IMG/VR virus record: IMGVR_UViG_3300027757_000725
Coordinates: 1 to 64,000 of that record
Reading direction: 5' to 3' (one strand)
DNA: 64,000 nucleotides
Origin: a virus
Taxonomy: Duplodnaviria; Caudoviricetes
Made by a program: the position numbers and the translations under genes. A model generated the notes under the pieces. The model was not told the origin of the DNA. It made no database searches and saw nothing but the letters and a program-made list of their open reading frames with translations. Every line of letters starts with the position of its first letter. The first letter of the stretch is position 1. Of the stretch, positions 38,842-48,923 are shown piece after piece.

Positions 38842-41091
38842 ATGGCTTACAATAAAATAAAAATAAATCAAATAGATATGCCAGAGGTTATATCTAACGA
38901 CCTAACTGTATCAGAAACAAGTTCTGGTTATCATTTCGGTCTTGGTTTTCCCATAAATCATGACATAAATATAAGTGGATCACTTACAGTCAACGGTGTT
39001 GAAATATATGGAAATAAATCGTATTATGATCCATATGTTAACTCTGTATTATGTGGTTATGAAAATATTATATCTGGCGGAAATAATTCTGTAATAAGAG
39101 GTAATGAAAATTTAATATCTGGCGAAAAAAATATTATTTTAAACGGGGATAACAATTCTTTCTATTATTCTGATTTCAACGCTGTTATTGCTGGGTCTAA
39201 TGTAACTTTTTCAAATTCAAAAGGAAGTGTTGTTATAGCATCTAACAATGAAGAGATTAAAGAAGTAAAAGAGAGTAGTTCTCTATACCTTTACCACGAA
39301 AACATATATGTTTACGGAGATACTCATTTTGAAAAAAGTGTTTCTTTTAATGAAAAGACAGAACTATCAAAGCTAGTTGTTTCAAATTCTTTAGTTGCTA
39401 GTTCAATAAAATCATCAAACTCGTCTATTTTTTATGATAAATCAAAATTCACTTCAAACTCTCAAATTAATGGAGAAACTTTTTTTGGTGAATATACTCT
39501 AAGGGATCTTACAAGAAAGAATCAATCTAATAAATTTAGTGAAGTAAAAATAAGTGGCGAAAACGTAGCTACAAAGCAGTGGATTGAAGATAAAAACTTT
39601 ACGACTGGACTCATTGTAATGCGTTTTGACGAGGTTGATGTGTCTGGAGATTTTGTTTTGGATCATGGAAACTTAATTGAATACAATTCTGTTTTAAACG
39701 TCACGGGAGACGTTATAGCTTATGGTAGTACTGGAGAAGAAACTTTTTTGCTTAATGATTCGACACTAACAGCAAATAATTTTTCTTGTGTATCTGGATA
39801 TGTTTTAGATAAAGACTCAAGCGAATATATTAATATTGCTTCTGCTGACTGGTTATCTGGTCAAGGTTACTCTAGTTCAGATGAGGGTATATCAGCTGGC
39901 TTTTATACAGAAGGTAATATAAATATATCTAAAGATTTGTATTTAACTGGTCAATTAAATGTTAATTCTGGGTTTGATTTGCATGGAAATTATACAAATA
40001 GCGGCGCAAGCTTTATTGGTGGCAATTTAAATGTATCTGGAGATTCTTATATTAAAAATATTTATATAACTGGTAGCTTAAGTGGACAAAGCTTATATAA
40101 TGAAAGTTCATTATATAATATAAGTGGCGTTTCATTAACTGGTGAGTCTATGGATTTAAAAGATTCTACGTTCATGGTTACTGGAAGTGAGGTTATAAGA
40201 GAATCTTATTTGTTAGAAAACTATCTTTTATATTCAGGCATTTCAAACTTTAAAAATTGCAAGTTTAATGGGGTAAGTTTAATTTCTGGGGTTTTAAACT
40301 TTTATGGTAATACCAAGGTCAGCGATTTTTATCTTAATGGTCACTGCGAGTTTAGTTCAGATCAAGTAGAATTAAATAATATATCTGGAGATTTTCATGT
40401 TGAAGATGTTCTTGGAGAATTGAATTTCAATGTAGAACAATGTAATCTCGCAGATTTGCAAGGGGTTGTAGACGTAACCATTAAAGAAAGTTTTGTGGAT
40501 ACTGGAATTAATTCATACTACAAGCAGAATGATATCATAGATATTAATCTATATTTAACTGGAAAAAACGAAATAAAAAAAGTTTGGGAAAGGTCTAGCT
40601 CATACTCACCATATAATCAAACATTTAACTATTTAGAAGATTCTGGAGATTGGTGGAAGTCAATGTATCACGGATTGACTGGCTATGAAACTGAAAAGTT
40701 TGAAAACAAGATAAAAGAAATTAGCCCGTCTTTGTACAAATACGATGAAGCTTGTCTCGAAGGTTGGATCGAGTGGTTGGCAATAAATGAACCATTAAAA
40801 AATAATGATGTTACTGGCTATATGACTACAGAAAGCCAAGTAAAATGTGCTATAGATCAGGAGCTTGAGAGTTTGTCTTTAATTGGCTTGGAATTAGAAA
40901 ATCTTGTTTTACTTGAGTCAAATCAAGATGTTCAAGAACAGGCTGACTGGCTTGTTTCTGGTTGCGATATAGAACTTAAAAATAAGCAAGTTGTTGAATA
41001 TAGAGTGGATTGGTTTAACAACCCATCAGCCAATAATATCAATAATAATTTTGGAGGAAGAAATTACTATCCAAGAATAAGAATAAAATAA
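38842..41091 (+). CDS. Fibre / receptor-binding-like protein 2
   Basis: Paralogous N-terminus; VATKQWIEDKNFTTGLI. Confidence 0.6.
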   Translation: MAYNKIKINQIDMPEVISNDLTVSETSSGYHFGLGFPINHDINISGSLTVNGVEIYGNKSYYDPYVNSVLCGYENIISGGNNSVIRGNENLISGEKNIILNGDNNSFYYSDFNAVIAGSNVTFSNSKGSVVIASNNEEIKEVKESSSLYLYHENIYVYGDTHFEKSVSFNEKTELSKLVVSNSLVASSIKSSNSSIFYDKSKFTSNSQINGETFFGEYTLRDLTRKNQSNKFSEVKISGENVATKQWIEDKNFTTGLIVMRFDEVDVSGDFVLDHGNLIEYNSVLNVTGDVIAYGSTGEETFLLNDSTLTANNFSCVSGYVLDKDSSEYINIASADWLSGQGYSSSDEGISAGFYTEGNINISKDLYLTGQLNVNSGFDLHGNYTNSGASFIGGNLNVSGDSYIKNIYITGSLSGQSLYNESSLYNISGVSLTGESMDLKDSTFMVTGSEVIRESYLLENYLLYSGISNFKNCKFNGVSLISGVLNFYGNTKVSDFYLNGHCEFSSDQVELNNISGDFHVEDVLGELNFNVEQCNLADLQGVVDVTIKESFVDTGINSYYKQNDIIDINLYLTGKNEIKKVWERSSSYSPYNQTFNYLEDSGDWWKSMYHGLTGYETEKFENKIKEISPSLYKYDEACLEGWIEWLAINEPLKNNDVTGYMTTESQVKCAIDQELESLSLIGLELENLVLLESNQDVQEQADWLVSGCDIELKNKQVVEYRVDWFNNPSANNINNNFGGRNYYPRIRIK

Positions 41092-41092
41092 C

Positions 41093-43870
41093 ATGAGTTA
41101 TCAAAAAATAAAATCAAATCAATTTGAAAACATAATTTTAGGTTCTAACAGCCAAAATTTATTATTATCTAATAATAACAATTCCGAATTAGATATAAGT
41201 TTAAATCGTTTTTTATCGGGAGACATTTCTGTCAGCGGCTCCATATCTGTAAATGACAAAGAGGTTGTAGTTGAAAAACAACAAACCGACAATTCCTCTT
41301 ACTTTGTTTTCCAAGGGGAAAAAAATATTATTAATGGAGAGAACGTTTTTATACAAGGCTATTCAAATAATGTAAATTCAAATTCTGTATTTTTATTTGG
41401 AAGTGAATCAATGACAATGGAAAAAGGTGCTGACAATATCTTTTCTGTAGGTTCAATGAGTGCAAATGCCACAAGTAATAACATAATATCTGTCTCTAAT
41501 CTTCTTGGCAGTAAGAGTATTGTAGACAAATCTTTTGTTTCTTTGTTTTCATTTAGTAATAATTTCTTCAATGGAGAATCGTATTTTGATAATATAAACG
41601 GGGATACAGTTTTTGCTGACGAAACTTTGTCTTGTTCTGATTTGAAATTGCAAAAAGCGAATGTTAGTGGGGCTTTTATATCTGATTACAGGAGCGAATT
41701 TAACGGTAAAGTAGATTTTGATTCTGATTTAAGAATAATGGGTAATAGTTCTTTTTATGACTTATATAAGGGTGAGAGTCAAGTAGCGGATGAACTTTGG
41801 GTTGAATCTAAAAATTATACAACTGGATTAATAACGGGGGATTCAGAATTATCTGATGGGTTTTCATCTTTGGATTTCAATGTATCTGGTGATGCCATCA
41901 TGAGTGGTCAATCGTTAGTGCTGTTAAACGAAGATTTTTTTGTTGATGGAGATTTTATTATAGACCAAAACTTGGATGTAGGGGATAGGTTTTTTAAAAA
42001 AATAACCATAACTGGAGATATAGCAAAAACTTCTAACTCAGATATTTTAAATAGAGCTTCTATTTTTAATTTAAATTATATTATTACAGGTGATTCTTAT
42101 GTTCAGGTTTTTGGAGAAAGTTATATAACGGGAGAAATTACTGGGCAAGATTCCAGTATACAAAATATATTGCACTACTCTGGGGATATGTTTTCAGATA
42201 ATTTATCTTGCAAGGAGGGTTCTTTTCACAGTAATGATTTAAAGGTAGGAGGTGACTCTCATTTTACAGGTTCGGTTAATTTTTTGGATCAGACGAATAC
42301 TGGTTTCGATGTTGTTGGCGCGGTTAACCTGAGTAGTCTTGATGCAAGCATACTTAATGTGAATGCTGAAGATCTAAACTTTACCAATTTTATTAAGTTG
42401 GGTGGGTCGAACTTAGCTACAGAAAGTTGGATTCAAAATAATTTAATGACTGGTTTTGATCAAAACAGATTAAATGGTGGCTTCAATTCTAGTGATTCTT
42501 ACTTCAATAAAATTGATTGTTTTAGTGGAGTCAATATTGAAGGTTATGGTCTTGATGTCGAAAACCTATATATAGATACTGGAGCTGGTTCAGGAGAATA
42601 CAGGACAAGAATAAAATCAAATAAGAGGGTCGATATAAACAATTCATATGGGAATATATCTTACGGTAATGGAAGCTTTTCTGATCTTATTGGTTATTGT
42701 GATAATTTGCAAATTGAAAATGCTGATCAGATTAATTTAAGTTTTATTAATGGAGCTTCAGAAAAAAACTGGGTTTTTGGGACTAACATTATATTAGACA
42801 TAGATGATTCACAATTAAGTGGCATATTAGTTGATAGTGGTGTTATGAATCAACTTTTTGAAAATCAAAATTTAGGCGAGATTGCTCAATTTGCAAATAG
42901 GGAAGTTATACAGAGAAAAACTCGTAACACAATGATACCAAAGCAAAATAATAAAAGCATTAACGTCGAGATATCTTTGAAAAACGATCTTTCTTCTAAT
43001 ACTTCTAAGTATATAAATTCCTCTTCAGTTGGTCTTTCTAAAGGATGTTTGAGGTTTTCCAACATACAAAACAAATATAGAGCATCAGAAGAAAAGAATG
43101 TTGACTTTGCCACTTCTTTGAGGGATAACCTAGTAAAATGGTATGAGTTTGGTTACGATACAAACAAATATAGTATTGTCGATGGCGATATAACAGGTTC
43201 AAGCAGCTTCCAAAAAGTTACTTTCGAAAGTATTAATGGTCATTGGGATGATAATAAAATTGCATTTTGGGAAAGTGATACGTCATCTTCTTCGGAATAC
43301 TTTTCCCTAAGAGACTCTACATCATCAGAACAAGATGTTTTTAATAACAACAGTACTGTTGCCGCTTCTTATATAAGAAGAAATGCAAACTTATCTAATT
43401 CTGGTCTTTCTCAGCTTATTGCTCCATCAAATGGAGGAACCCCTTCTTATGAGGAGGGTTGTTATTTTATTTACGAAAGTGGTAGTTGGCATTTCCAGCC
43501 TAGATTTTGGGGCGTAGATAATACAATATCATCTACTAGCACATTAGATATTGGTTGGGAATTTGAACAATTTCCAGAGTTTGTGACTGTAGTTGGAACG
43601 TCGCAATTTTATGCAAACCAAGACATAGGGCAAGGATTTAAAAATTATTATACTTATAAGACATATCTGAATGGGGGTTTAGTTCATGAAGAGGTTGATA
43701 CAACCGACACAAACTATAATCAAGTTATGTTTATAAATGAACACAATAACCCAAGACAAGCCATGGCTGTGCAAAATGCTGTGATATCATCAAGACCTTG
43801 GGGTCAGTCGGAGATAGATGCTTACTCTAACTCTGGTCAAAGCATTCCTTATTGGAATATTTACCAATAA
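41093..43870 (+). CDS. Fibre / receptor-binding-like protein 3 with C-terminal LamG-like domain
   Basis: VADELWVESKNYTTGLI; LRDNLVKWYEF...YLNGGLV...RPWGQSEIDAY. Confidence 0.65.
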   Translation: MSYQKIKSNQFENIILGSNSQNLLLSNNNNSELDISLNRFLSGDISVSGSISVNDKEVVVEKQQTDNSSYFVFQGEKNIINGENVFIQGYSNNVNSNSVFLFGSESMTMEKGADNIFSVGSMSANATSNNIISVSNLLGSKSIVDKSFVSLFSFSNNFFNGESYFDNINGDTVFADETLSCSDLKLQKANVSGAFISDYRSEFNGKVDFDSDLRIMGNSSFYDLYKGESQVADELWVESKNYTTGLITGDSELSDGFSSLDFNVSGDAIMSGQSLVLLNEDFFVDGDFIIDQNLDVGDRFFKKITITGDIAKTSNSDILNRASIFNLNYIITGDSYVQVFGESYITGEITGQDSSIQNILHYSGDMFSDNLSCKEGSFHSNDLKVGGDSHFTGSVNFLDQTNTGFDVVGAVNLSSLDASILNVNAEDLNFTNFIKLGGSNLATESWIQNNLMTGFDQNRLNGGFNSSDSYFNKIDCFSGVNIEGYGLDVENLYIDTGAGSGEYRTRIKSNKRVDINNSYGNISYGNGSFSDLIGYCDNLQIENADQINLSFINGASEKNWVFGTNIILDIDDSQLSGILVDSGVMNQLFENQNLGEIAQFANREVIQRKTRNTMIPKQNNKSINVEISLKNDLSSNTSKYINSSSVGLSKGCLRFSNIQNKYRASEEKNVDFATSLRDNLVKWYEFGYDTNKYSIVDGDITGSSSFQKVTFESINGHWDDNKIAFWESDTSSSSEYFSLRDSTSSEQDVFNNNSTVAASYIRRNANLSNSGLSQLIAPSNGGTPSYEEGCYFIYESGSWHFQPRFWGVDNTISSTSTLDIGWEFEQFPEFVTVVGTSQFYANQDIGQGFKNYYTYKTYLNGGLVHEEVDTTDTNYNQVMFINEHNNPRQAMAVQNAVISSRPWGQSEIDAYSNSGQSIPYWNIYQ

Positions 43871-43874
43871 GAAA

Positions 43875-44258
43875 TTAATCTATGTCTATTCTGACGTTGG
43901 AGTTCTCAAAGGTTTTCTTTTGATCTCTGAGGTGCTTTTTACCCGTTTTCTTTTTGTAATCTTTAAAAAGCTTCTTCTTAACAGGATCTTCTCCGTCTGA
44001 TGATTTAGAAGCTCTTTCTTCAGAAAGTTCTGCAGAATAGTCCATCATATCGCCCACTGTACCCTTCATATTACCTGTTTTTTCTATGAATCCAGCCCTG
44101 TTGTCTGCATCTAGCTTACTATCAATTGATGCGTTAGGCTTGGTAAAGACTCTTTCCCATTTTAATCCGTCCTCTTCATAAATATGTTCGTCATTCATTT
44201 TTTGAATAACTTCTTTAGAGACTCCAGTTTTAGGATTTTTGTATAAGTAAATAGGCAT
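43875..44258 (-). CDS. FmdB-like small regulatory protein (Cys-less)
   Basis: MPIYLYKNPKTG..KEVIQKM N-terminus. Confidence 0.55.
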   Translation of the reverse strand: MPIYLYKNPKTGVSKEVIQKMNDEHIYEEDGLKWERVFTKPNASIDSKLDADNRAGFIEKTGNMKGTVGDMMDYSAELSEERASKSSDGEDPVKKKLFKDYKKKTGKKHLRDQKKTFENSNVRIDID

Positions 44259-44259
44259 A

Positions 44260-45345
44260 TTAAAATATTTTGTTTAGGATTTTATTGGCTGTGTTTGAAT
44301 ATAAAAACTCATCCTGAAGTTTTAGTCCTTCTTTATTTTCTGTTTTCGATAATTTCAAAGCTCTGTCAATACCATCATTTACACTATTTATATCAATTTT
44401 GGAATATTGACCCTGATTAAATGGAAGACCTTCTTTAAAAAACATATTATCATAGCATGGTTGTTTTCCCGTAGGGTTTACAATTACAGAGTTTTTCTCA
44501 TTTGCCCAGTCTTTGTGAGATGAACAGTTAGTAACAATTGACCACTTACCCAAGGAGGTTGCATTAAATGCGGGAAGATTCCAGCCTTCTCCATTAGAGA
44601 GTCCAGATAAATCAATATCTACAGCATTCATTAATTCATTAACCTCTTCATTTGTTTTTAATCTTGGCAGAAAATTAACATTGGACCAAGACTTTCCTCC
44701 AAGAGATTCTTGTATTAATGAATTGAGTTGTTTTTCTTCAAAAAATGGATTGTGAACTAGACATGTAAGCTGATATTTTGGATTATCCCCAAACCTTCTT
44801 ACCCAAAGGTTTATTAATGCTGCTGTGTTTTTTCTTTTTTCAAATTTTCCTATAAGACCAAAATGAGTTATATCTTCGTCCATATATTTTTTACCTGTTC
44901 TATGAAAGTCTGAATCAAAACCCAATGGTATGTAAGATACATTTTCGCAACCTTTATCAGCGAAAAACTTGGCAGATTCAGATGATGAAAAGAAAACATG
45001 CTCTTGAGATTTAACTATATTAATTTCTTCTTCTGTGGGTGAATCAACCTCGTAGAAAGTATAAAGGTATTGTTTGTCGCCAATTTTTCTTTCCGAACCA
45101 TTTATGTGCCAAACTTTTAAAGTTGGTGTGTTTTTGTTAAGGTTTTTAAGAGCATTCCTTTGTGAATTTTTTAACCATTCTACAAAATCATCATCTACAT
45201 TATTAAATGCGGATAATTCAATAGAATTTCCTGTAGGGAATAGGTTTACTTTTACGCCTTGCTTATAAAGCTCCCTTAATATATTTAGTGATACGTTACC
45301 AAAACTCAAAGAGTTTAATGGACCGTCAAAGTTTAATTCTTTCAT
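44260..45345 (-). CDS. GT4-family glycosyltransferase
   Basis: IPLGFD, GKFEKRKN, EGWNLPAFNATSLGK. Confidence 0.85.
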   Translation of the reverse strand: MKELNFDGPLNSLSFGNVSLNILRELYKQGVKVNLFPTGNSIELSAFNNVDDDFVEWLKNSQRNALKNLNKNTPTLKVWHINGSERKIGDKQYLYTFYEVDSPTEEEINIVKSQEHVFFSSSESAKFFADKGCENVSYIPLGFDSDFHRTGKKYMDEDITHFGLIGKFEKRKNTAALINLWVRRFGDNPKYQLTCLVHNPFFEEKQLNSLIQESLGGKSWSNVNFLPRLKTNEEVNELMNAVDIDLSGLSNGEGWNLPAFNATSLGKWSIVTNCSSHKDWANEKNSVIVNPTGKQPCYDNMFFKEGLPFNQGQYSKIDINSVNDGIDRALKLSKTENKEGLKLQDEFLYSNTANKILNKIF

Positions 45346-45916
45346 TGCTTACTTTTTTTCTAAAATTTTCTATTGTTCTGTTGTGTATATTTATACATCC
45401 TTGGTGTGAAAGATTAGTTTTCTCTGCAACTTTGTTCCAAGGTTTTAGTTTGTTTGATTCACCACCAAAATATCTTTCATTGAATATCAGCCTGACCCTT
45501 TCGTCTTCGTGATCTGATATCATATTTAGTATTCTGTTTAATGTCTCTTCGTAGATACATGTCTCTTCAGGAGTATTATCAGGAGTCTCAATGAAAAAAT
45601 CAACATAATCGTAATTAATTGAAGAGTTTTTTTTGTTTTTTGTCTTTTCAGTTAAGCAAATATACTTAGCTTTGTTGGCTATGTGTGTGGAAAACTTTGC
45701 TCTTGATTCATCATAGTCTAGTGCGGCTTCATATATATTATAATCTTTTTCATCTAAAATTTGCCCCATTTGCGTATAAGATAGGCTTTTAGATCCAAAC
45801 TTTCTGACCATATTTACATATATACCAGAATGTCTGCTTATCAATTCAATTAAAGCCACCTCGTCTCCGAATTCCTTAACCTTTTCTGTTAATTGAGTAT
45901 CGCTAAAAGTGTTCAT
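45326..45916 (-). CDS. Phage sigma70-family sigma factor (second copy)
   Basis: ALIELISRHSG, IYEAALDYDESRAKFSTHI (region 2); HTH KPWNKVAEKTNLSHQGCINIH. Confidence 0.8.
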   Translation of the reverse strand: MNTFSDTQLTEKVKEFGDEVALIELISRHSGIYVNMVRKFGSKSLSYTQMGQILDEKDYNIYEAALDYDESRAKFSTHIANKAKYICLTEKTKNKKNSSINYDYVDFFIETPDNTPEETCIYEETLNRILNMISDHEDERVRLIFNERYFGGESNKLKPWNKVAEKTNLSHQGCINIHNRTIENFRKKVSNERIKL

Positions 45917-45924
45917 TATTTAAT

Positions 45925-45953
45925 AAAATACCAGAGACAGGCAGTAAAGTCAA
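45925..45953 (-). promoter_or_regulatory. Sigma70-type promoter TTGACT-17-TATTTT, 8 nt before the sigma gene ATG
   Basis: Minus-strand motif with TGn extension. Confidence 0.6.
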
Positions 45954-45967
45954 TCTTTATTTTTTTG

Positions 45968-45996
45968 TTGACATGCCCGTATAAAGTTATTATAAT
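45968..45996 (+). promoter_or_regulatory. Perfect consensus sigma70 promoter TTGACA-17-TATAAT
   Basis: TTGACA 45968-45973, TATAAT 45991-45996. Confidence 0.85.
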
Positions 45997-46001
45997 AATT
46001 C

Positions 46002-46110
46002 ATAACGAAACGGTTCCGCCTCACAAGAGTTTCGCCCTTGAAGGTTTCGCTTTAGTGAAGGTTACGTATTATTAATACTCTCTACGTTCGTATTAATAAT
46101 GGTTTTTTTT
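46002..46110 (+). ncRNA. Candidate structured small RNA (~105 nt)
   Basis: Bounded by the consensus promoter and a hairpin plus T8; several internal stems; no ATG-initiated ORF. Confidence 0.5.
46068..46110 (+). terminator. Hairpin ATTATTAATAC/GTATTAATAAT followed by GG and T8
   Basis: Perfect 11-bp inverted repeat (AT-rich, so weak). Confidence 0.55.
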
Positions 46111-46278
46111 AGAAAAAAACATTAATTTGGGGAAGTTTTATTTCGATATTTTTTATGCGTTTTATTCTTGATTTATTAGAATAATTCCGTATGCTCAGTG
46201 TAAATTAAGTCAGCGAACACCCTTGAGAGCATTTTTAGCTATATTCGCTTTATTAACCTACAAATTAAATATTAAAAC

Positions 46279-47256
46279 ATGAGCATATTCGAAGAGCAAG
46301 TATCAAGAAAACCTAATAATTACCCGTGGGCTGAAGAATTTATTGAAGTTATGCATAATGGCTTCTGGACTGACAAAGAATTCAGTTTTTCTTCTGATGT
46401 TCAAGACTTCCATATAACAATGGACGATCAACAAAGGGAAATAATTATAAGAACTCTTTCTGCTATTGGTCAAATCGAAGTTGCTGTTAAAAAATTCTGG
46501 GCTAAACTGGGAGATAATTTACCACACCCATCTCTTACTGACCTTGGTTATGTGATGGCTAACACGGAGGTTATTCATAACAATGCTTATGAAAGACTGC
46601 TTAAGGTTCTTGGTTTGGAAGATGTTTTCGAAGAAAACTTAAAGTTGGATTTTATTGAGGGTCGTGTTAATTATTTGCGTAAATATACACATAGGTTCTA
46701 CAAGGATTCTAAGAAGCAGTATTTGTATGCGCTTATTTTGTTTACGTTGTTCGTGGAGAATGTTTCTTTAATGAGCCAGTTTTACGTTATTAATTGGTTC
46801 TCCAGAAACAAAAACGTACTCAAGGATACAGAACAGCAGGTAAGATATACAAGAAACGAAGAAAACATTCATGCTCAAGTAGGAATTAAGATCATTAATA
46901 CCATAAGAGAAGAGCATCCAGAGCTTTTCGACGAGGAGCTTGAAGAGCGTATTATGCAAGAGGCTGAACAAGCTTATGTTGCAGAAGCTAAAATTATTGA
47001 TTGGATGGTTAACGGAATTAATGAAGAAGGATTAAGCGCTCCACTACTAAAAGAGTTTATTAAATCTAGGATTAATGATTCACTTGAACAAATTTCATTT
47101 AAGAAGGCTTTTGATGTTGACAATAATGTGATTAAAGATACAATGTGGTTTGAAGAGGAGTTAATGGGAAACAATTCCACAGACTTTTTCCACTCTCGTC
47201 CTGTAGAGTATTCAAAGAAATCACAAACATTCGATCTAGAAAGCGTATTTGCATGA
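46279..47256 (+). CDS. nrdB: Ribonucleotide reductase beta subunit, class Id-like
   Basis: E67, K71, E97-x2-H100, Y104, ENVSL and EENIH ferritin-like ligands. Confidence 0.95.
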   Translation: MSIFEEQVSRKPNNYPWAEEFIEVMHNGFWTDKEFSFSSDVQDFHITMDDQQREIIIRTLSAIGQIEVAVKKFWAKLGDNLPHPSLTDLGYVMANTEVIHNNAYERLLKVLGLEDVFEENLKLDFIEGRVNYLRKYTHRFYKDSKKQYLYALILFTLFVENVSLMSQFYVINWFSRNKNVLKDTEQQVRYTRNEENIHAQVGIKIINTIREEHPELFDEELEERIMQEAEQAYVAEAKIIDWMVNGINEEGLSAPLLKEFIKSRINDSLEQISFKKAFDVDNNVIKDTMWFEEELMGNNSTDFFHSRPVEYSKKSQTFDLESVFA

Positions 47257-48923
47257 AAAAATATTATTGGAACAACAAAACATCACAACAAATTTTAAAC
47301 AGAGGTTATCTTGACGGCGAAAGCTTAATTAGTCGGGTATTGAGCGTCGGGGAATCATTTCAGAAAGACTTCCAGTCTAGAGCTCCCGCCGAACACAAAG
47401 GTAAGTTTTCCGACCTGTGTGAAAAGTTTGAGCATTACATGTCTCTTGGATTCTTTTCTTTATCTAGCCCTGTTTGGGCTAATTATGGAAGAGATAGGGG
47501 TTTGCCTGTTTCTTGTAATGGCGTTTTTGTGCCTGATACAATGGAGGGAATTTTGACAAAGCAGTCCGAAGTCGGTATGCAAACTAAGCATGGTGCTGGA
47601 ACTTCTGGTTATTTTGGTGATCTCAGAGGCAGGGGTAAGTCAATTAGCACAGGAGGAAGCTCATCTGGCTCGGTTCACTTCATGGAGTTGTTTGACAAGG
47701 TGACTTCAGTGGTATCTCAGAGTAGTGTGCGAAGAGGTTCTTTCGCTGCCTATCTCCCTGTCGATCACCCAGATATCGAAGAGTTTCTCCGTATTAGATC
47801 TGATGGACATCCTATTCAGGATTTATCGTTTGCTGTCACCATTACAGACGAATGGATGGAGGATATGAAAGGCGGAGACATTGATAAGCGAAAGATCTGG
47901 GCTAAGATTGTTCAGAAGAAGTTTGAATCAGGCTACCCCTATTTATTTTTCCAAGATACCGCGAACAAGAACGCTCCTCAAGTCTATAAAGATAAAAACA
48001 TGAAGATTTATGCTTCTAATCTTTGTAACGAAATTGCGCTACCTTCCTCACCAGAAGAGTCGTTTGTCTGTTGTTTATCTTCTCTTAATTTGGAGAGGTG
48101 GGATGAGATTGTTAAGACCGATGCTATTGAAACAATGGTTTACTTTCTTGATTCGGTAATGGAGGAGTATATCAATAAGACTGAGGATATTCCTTATATG
48201 GAATTTGACCACAACTTTGCAAAACGCCATAGGGCTTTGGGAATGGGTGTTCTTGGTTGGCATTCTTATTTGCAAGACAATATGGTTTCTTTTGAAAGCA
48301 TGGAAGCAAAGATGAAAAATGCTGAAATTTTTAGAACAATCAGAGAAAGAGCGGACAAAGCCACCGAAGAACTAGCCAAGGTCTTTGGAGAACCAGAAGT
48401 ATTGAAAGGTTATGGTCGCAGAAATACAACAACAATGGCTGTTGCTCCTACAACTACAAGTTCACTTATACTAGGTCAAGTATCTCAAGGGATTGAGCCT
48501 ACTGTCAATTATTATACAAAGAATTCTGCAAAAGGAAAATTTACAATTAGAAGTCCTCACCTAGAGAGATTACTTGAATCTAAAGGTAAAAATACGGAAG
48601 CTGTATGGAAATCTATTCTTGTTAAGGACGGTTCAGTTCAACACTTGGGCTTTCTCGACGAACACGAAAAAGATGTATTTAAAACATTTTCAGAAGTATC
48701 CCAGAAAGAGATTGTAATACAAGCCTCCCAACGCCAGAAATATATTGATCAAGGACAGTCGTTGAACTTAATGGTTCACCCTAAAGCTTCTCCAAAGGAA
48801 GTTAGTGATCTTATGATTTTAGGTTGGGAGATGGGTCTTAAAGGGTTTTATTATCAAAGAAGCACAAATCCAAGTCAGGCTCTCGCTCAATCCATCATGG
48901 AATGTCAGTCCTGCGAGGGTTGA
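47253..48923 (+). CDS. nrdA: Ribonucleotide reductase alpha subunit (short, no ATP cone)
   Basis: LPVSC, RRGS, SNLCNE, APTTTSS, DQGQSLN, YY and C-terminal CQSCEG. Confidence 0.95.
   Translation: MKKYYWNNKTSQQILNRGYLDGESLISRVLSVGESFQKDFQSRAPAEHKGKFSDLCEKFEHYMSLGFFSLSSPVWANYGRDRGLPVSCNGVFVPDTMEGILTKQSEVGMQTKHGAGTSGYFGDLRGRGKSISTGGSSSGSVHFMELFDKVTSVVSQSSVRRGSFAAYLPVDHPDIEEFLRIRSDGHPIQDLSFAVTITDEWMEDMKGGDIDKRKIWAKIVQKKFESGYPYLFFQDTANKNAPQVYKDKNMKIYASNLCNEIALPSSPEESFVCCLSSLNLERWDEIVKTDAIETMVYFLDSVMEEYINKTEDIPYMEFDHNFAKRHRALGMGVLGWHSYLQDNMVSFESMEAKMKNAEIFRTIRERADKATEELAKVFGEPEVLKGYGRRNTTTMAVAPTTTSSLILGQVSQGIEPTVNYYTKNSAKGKFTIRSPHLERLLESKGKNTEAVWKSILVKDGSVQHLGFLDEHEKDVFKTFSEVSQKEIVIQASQRQKYIDQGQSLNLMVHPKASPKEVSDLMILGWEMGLKGFYYQRSTNPSQALAQSIMECQSCEG

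Noticed and set aside
45893-46075. 60-aa ORF across the divergent promoter region
   Set aside because: TTG start inside the antisense sigma gene and spans both promoters; the region is better explained as regulatory DNA plus an sRNA
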